The notes under the pieces are model-generated. The model made no database searches and was not told where the DNA came from. It saw only the letters and a list, made by a program, of their open reading frames with translations. Source: Candidatus Doriopsillibacter californiensis (GTDB lineage: Bacteria; Pseudomonadota; Gammaproteobacteria; Tethybacterales; Persebacteraceae). From it: a stretch of DNA of 64,000 bases. The DNA lies in the NCBI GenBank assembly GCA_030386295.1, contig JANQAO010000003.1, positions 48,114 to 112,113 of the forward strand. Direction: 5' to 3'. Below, piece after piece: positions 62,603-64,000 of this stretch (positions within the stretch are counted from its first letter, which is position 1; every line of letters starts with the position of its first letter). The translations under genes were made by a program, and so were the position numbers.

Positions 62603-63706
62603 TTATTTTTTGCTTTCCACGTAGGCATTGCCAAGATTGGCATTGGTGGTTTGTGCACCAGCCCAAAATGGAACTGCTACATCGGCAAAGTCACGCATAG
62701 ATGTCCATACTTTGAGGAAGAATGGATTTTCTTTCTTGTGCTTGTCAAAAATGTTACTTACCGCATTCATGTACTCCGGAAAATAATCTTTGGGAGTATC
62801 ATGCAACACCACTCCGTGATTTTCGGTGAGGTCTTTGAGGGCCTTGCCGTTTTCGTAAATACGATACGCCATGGCACGCATCAGAGAAGCATCAGCAGCA
62901 ACTTCCATTGCCCGTTGGTTTTCCGGAGAGATGCTGTTCCACACATCTTTATTGATGTACATGTCAGCATTTACGACCACTTGGTGTAGACCTTGCAGAT
63001 AATAATTTTTGAGGATTTTTTGAAAGCCAAAAACACTATCCGGTTTGGGGCAGCACCACTCAGCAGCGTCAATCGTACCTTTTTCAAGAGCTGGTAAGAT
63101 GTCACCACCACCCATGGCTACGGCTGCTACGCCGATATCGTTATACGCTTGCCCTGGAATTCCTGGAGGAGCACGAAAACGATACTTACGAAAATCATCC
63201 ATGCTGTTAATTGGCTCTTTGAACCAGCCTAGTGCTTCAGGACCAACCGGCTGCAACATTATTCCTTTAACATTGACGCCCATTTCGTCCCACAGTTCGT
63301 TGTACAGCTCTTTGCCGCCACCAAACATGTACCACGACACCCAAGCAATGTTGTCAATGCCCAAGCCGGCACCTGCCGCTGGTGAACCAAACAACATTGT
63401 TGCCGGATGTTTGCCTGACCAGTAATGCGTCCAAGCAAAGCCGCCTTCAACCAACCCTTTGTCTACAGCGTCAAGCGTTTCTTTGACGCCAACGATTGCG
63501 CCAGCTGGCAAAATTTCAATTTCAACTTCGCCGTTGGTGAGAGCTTTGACATTGTCCGCATAATCGCGTAGCATCGTAACTTCATCCGCTTTAGCAGAAA
63601 TTACCGATTGAACTCGGATTTTTGTTTTTGCCGCTGCCGTTAAAGGCATGGCAACTGCTGCTACCGCAAGCGCGACAGTAACACTTTTCATTAAAGAATG
63701 ATTCAT
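62603..63706 (-). CDS. TRAP transporter substrate-binding protein (DctP family, SBP family 7)
   Basis: 367 aa with a signal peptide. The DctP-type fold matches the mannitol/chloroaromatic/organosulfonate-type TRAP binding proteins. Confidence 0.85.
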   Translation of the reverse strand: MNHSLMKSVTVALAVAAVAMPLTAAAKTKIRVQSVISAKADEVTMLRDYADNVKALTNGEVEIEILPAGAIVGVKETLDAVDKGLVEGGFAWTHYWSGKHPATMLFGSPAAGAGLGIDNIAWVSWYMFGGGKELYNELWDEMGVNVKGIMLQPVGPEALGWFKEPINSMDDFRKYRFRAPPGIPGQAYNDIGVAAVAMGGGDILPALEKGTIDAAEWCCPKPDSVFGFQKILKNYYLQGLHQVVVNADMYINKDVWNSISPENQRAMEVAADASLMRAMAYRIYENGKALKDLTENHGVVLHDTPKDYFPEYMNAVSNIFDKHKKENPFFLKVWTSMRDFADVAVPFWAGAQTTNANLGNAYVESKK

Positions 63707-63738
63707 GGGTTCTCTTCTCCTTGTAAGTTATGAATATC

Positions 63739-63761
63739 AAATCTCCCCAAATAGGAGATTT
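63739..63761. promoter_or_regulatory. perfect 8-bp inverted repeat AAATCTCC-N7-GGAGATTT in the dctP 5' leader
   Basis: Read directly. It lies 32 nt upstream of the dctP start codon, just before the AAGGAGA ribosome-binding site on the minus strand. It could be an operator or an RNA hairpin. Confidence 0.35.
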
Positions 63762-64000
63762 TTCTTATTGTAGCCTATTTGAAACAAACTAGAAGCAAAT
63801 TAGCACAATAAATGGGCTGCGTAATAGTTTAAATCAATATGAATTGATAAATTTAAGGAGCAACACGGAGAAAAATTAGCGGCTTCAAATAGCTAAATCG
63901 CAACTTTCTAAATAAATTAATTCCATCATGTTTTACTATTATTCTGTAGCGCAAATTTATTTGTGTGTGATTGTGGAATGATTAAATATTCAATTTCAAA

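Noticed and set aside
1-64000. CRISPR arrays, rRNA genes, insertion sequences or integrons
   Set aside because: The only direct repeat found is the 2 x 20 bp duplication at 5831-5870. No transposase-like ORFs, inverted terminal repeats or rRNA-like sequence were seen.

Overview
This 64 kb window looks like a gammaproteobacterial chromosomal segment made mostly of conserved housekeeping genes. They include ahcY, tsaD, ftsH-rlmE, aspS, the truB-rbfA-infB-nusA operon (read on the minus strand), xerC next to a DUF484 gene, yceI with a cytochrome b561 gene, comEC, hemF, dapD, ygfZ, rplU-rpmA-obg-proB, ispB, msrB, yciB, gdhA and mltG-tmk-holB-tatD. Two tRNAs are present: tRNA-Val(UAC) and tRNA-Thr(UGU). 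I see four accessory or metabolic modules:
- a form II (AYRGAGR-type) coxS-coxL-coxM molybdo-flavoprotein dehydrogenase operon;
- a 955 aa cytoplasmic Mo-bisPGD oxidoreductase with no Tat signal and no partner subunits (Psr/Phs/SoeA-like);
- moaE fused to rnfA-rnfB with no rnfCDGE following;
- a 7-gene minus-strand cluster at 56.3-63.7 kb (TRAP dctPQM, HisD-like, SDR and zinc-ADH dehydrogenases, Ldh_2-family dehydrogenase) whose composition matches 2,3-dihydroxypropane-1-sulfonate (DHPS) catabolic loci.
The window starts with an intact phage-tail-fibre-like gene followed by gene fragments. Across the window at least six genes are visibly decayed: a Rieske oxygenase broken by a 20-bp tandem duplication, an in-frame stop and frameshifts; a frameshifted citE-like lyase; a DUF1428 gene with an internal deletion; a DUF1223 gene; a methyltransferase fragment; and a reading frame with an in-frame stop. 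This pattern suggests ongoing genome erosion. I found no CRISPR arrays, rRNA genes or obvious insertion sequences.
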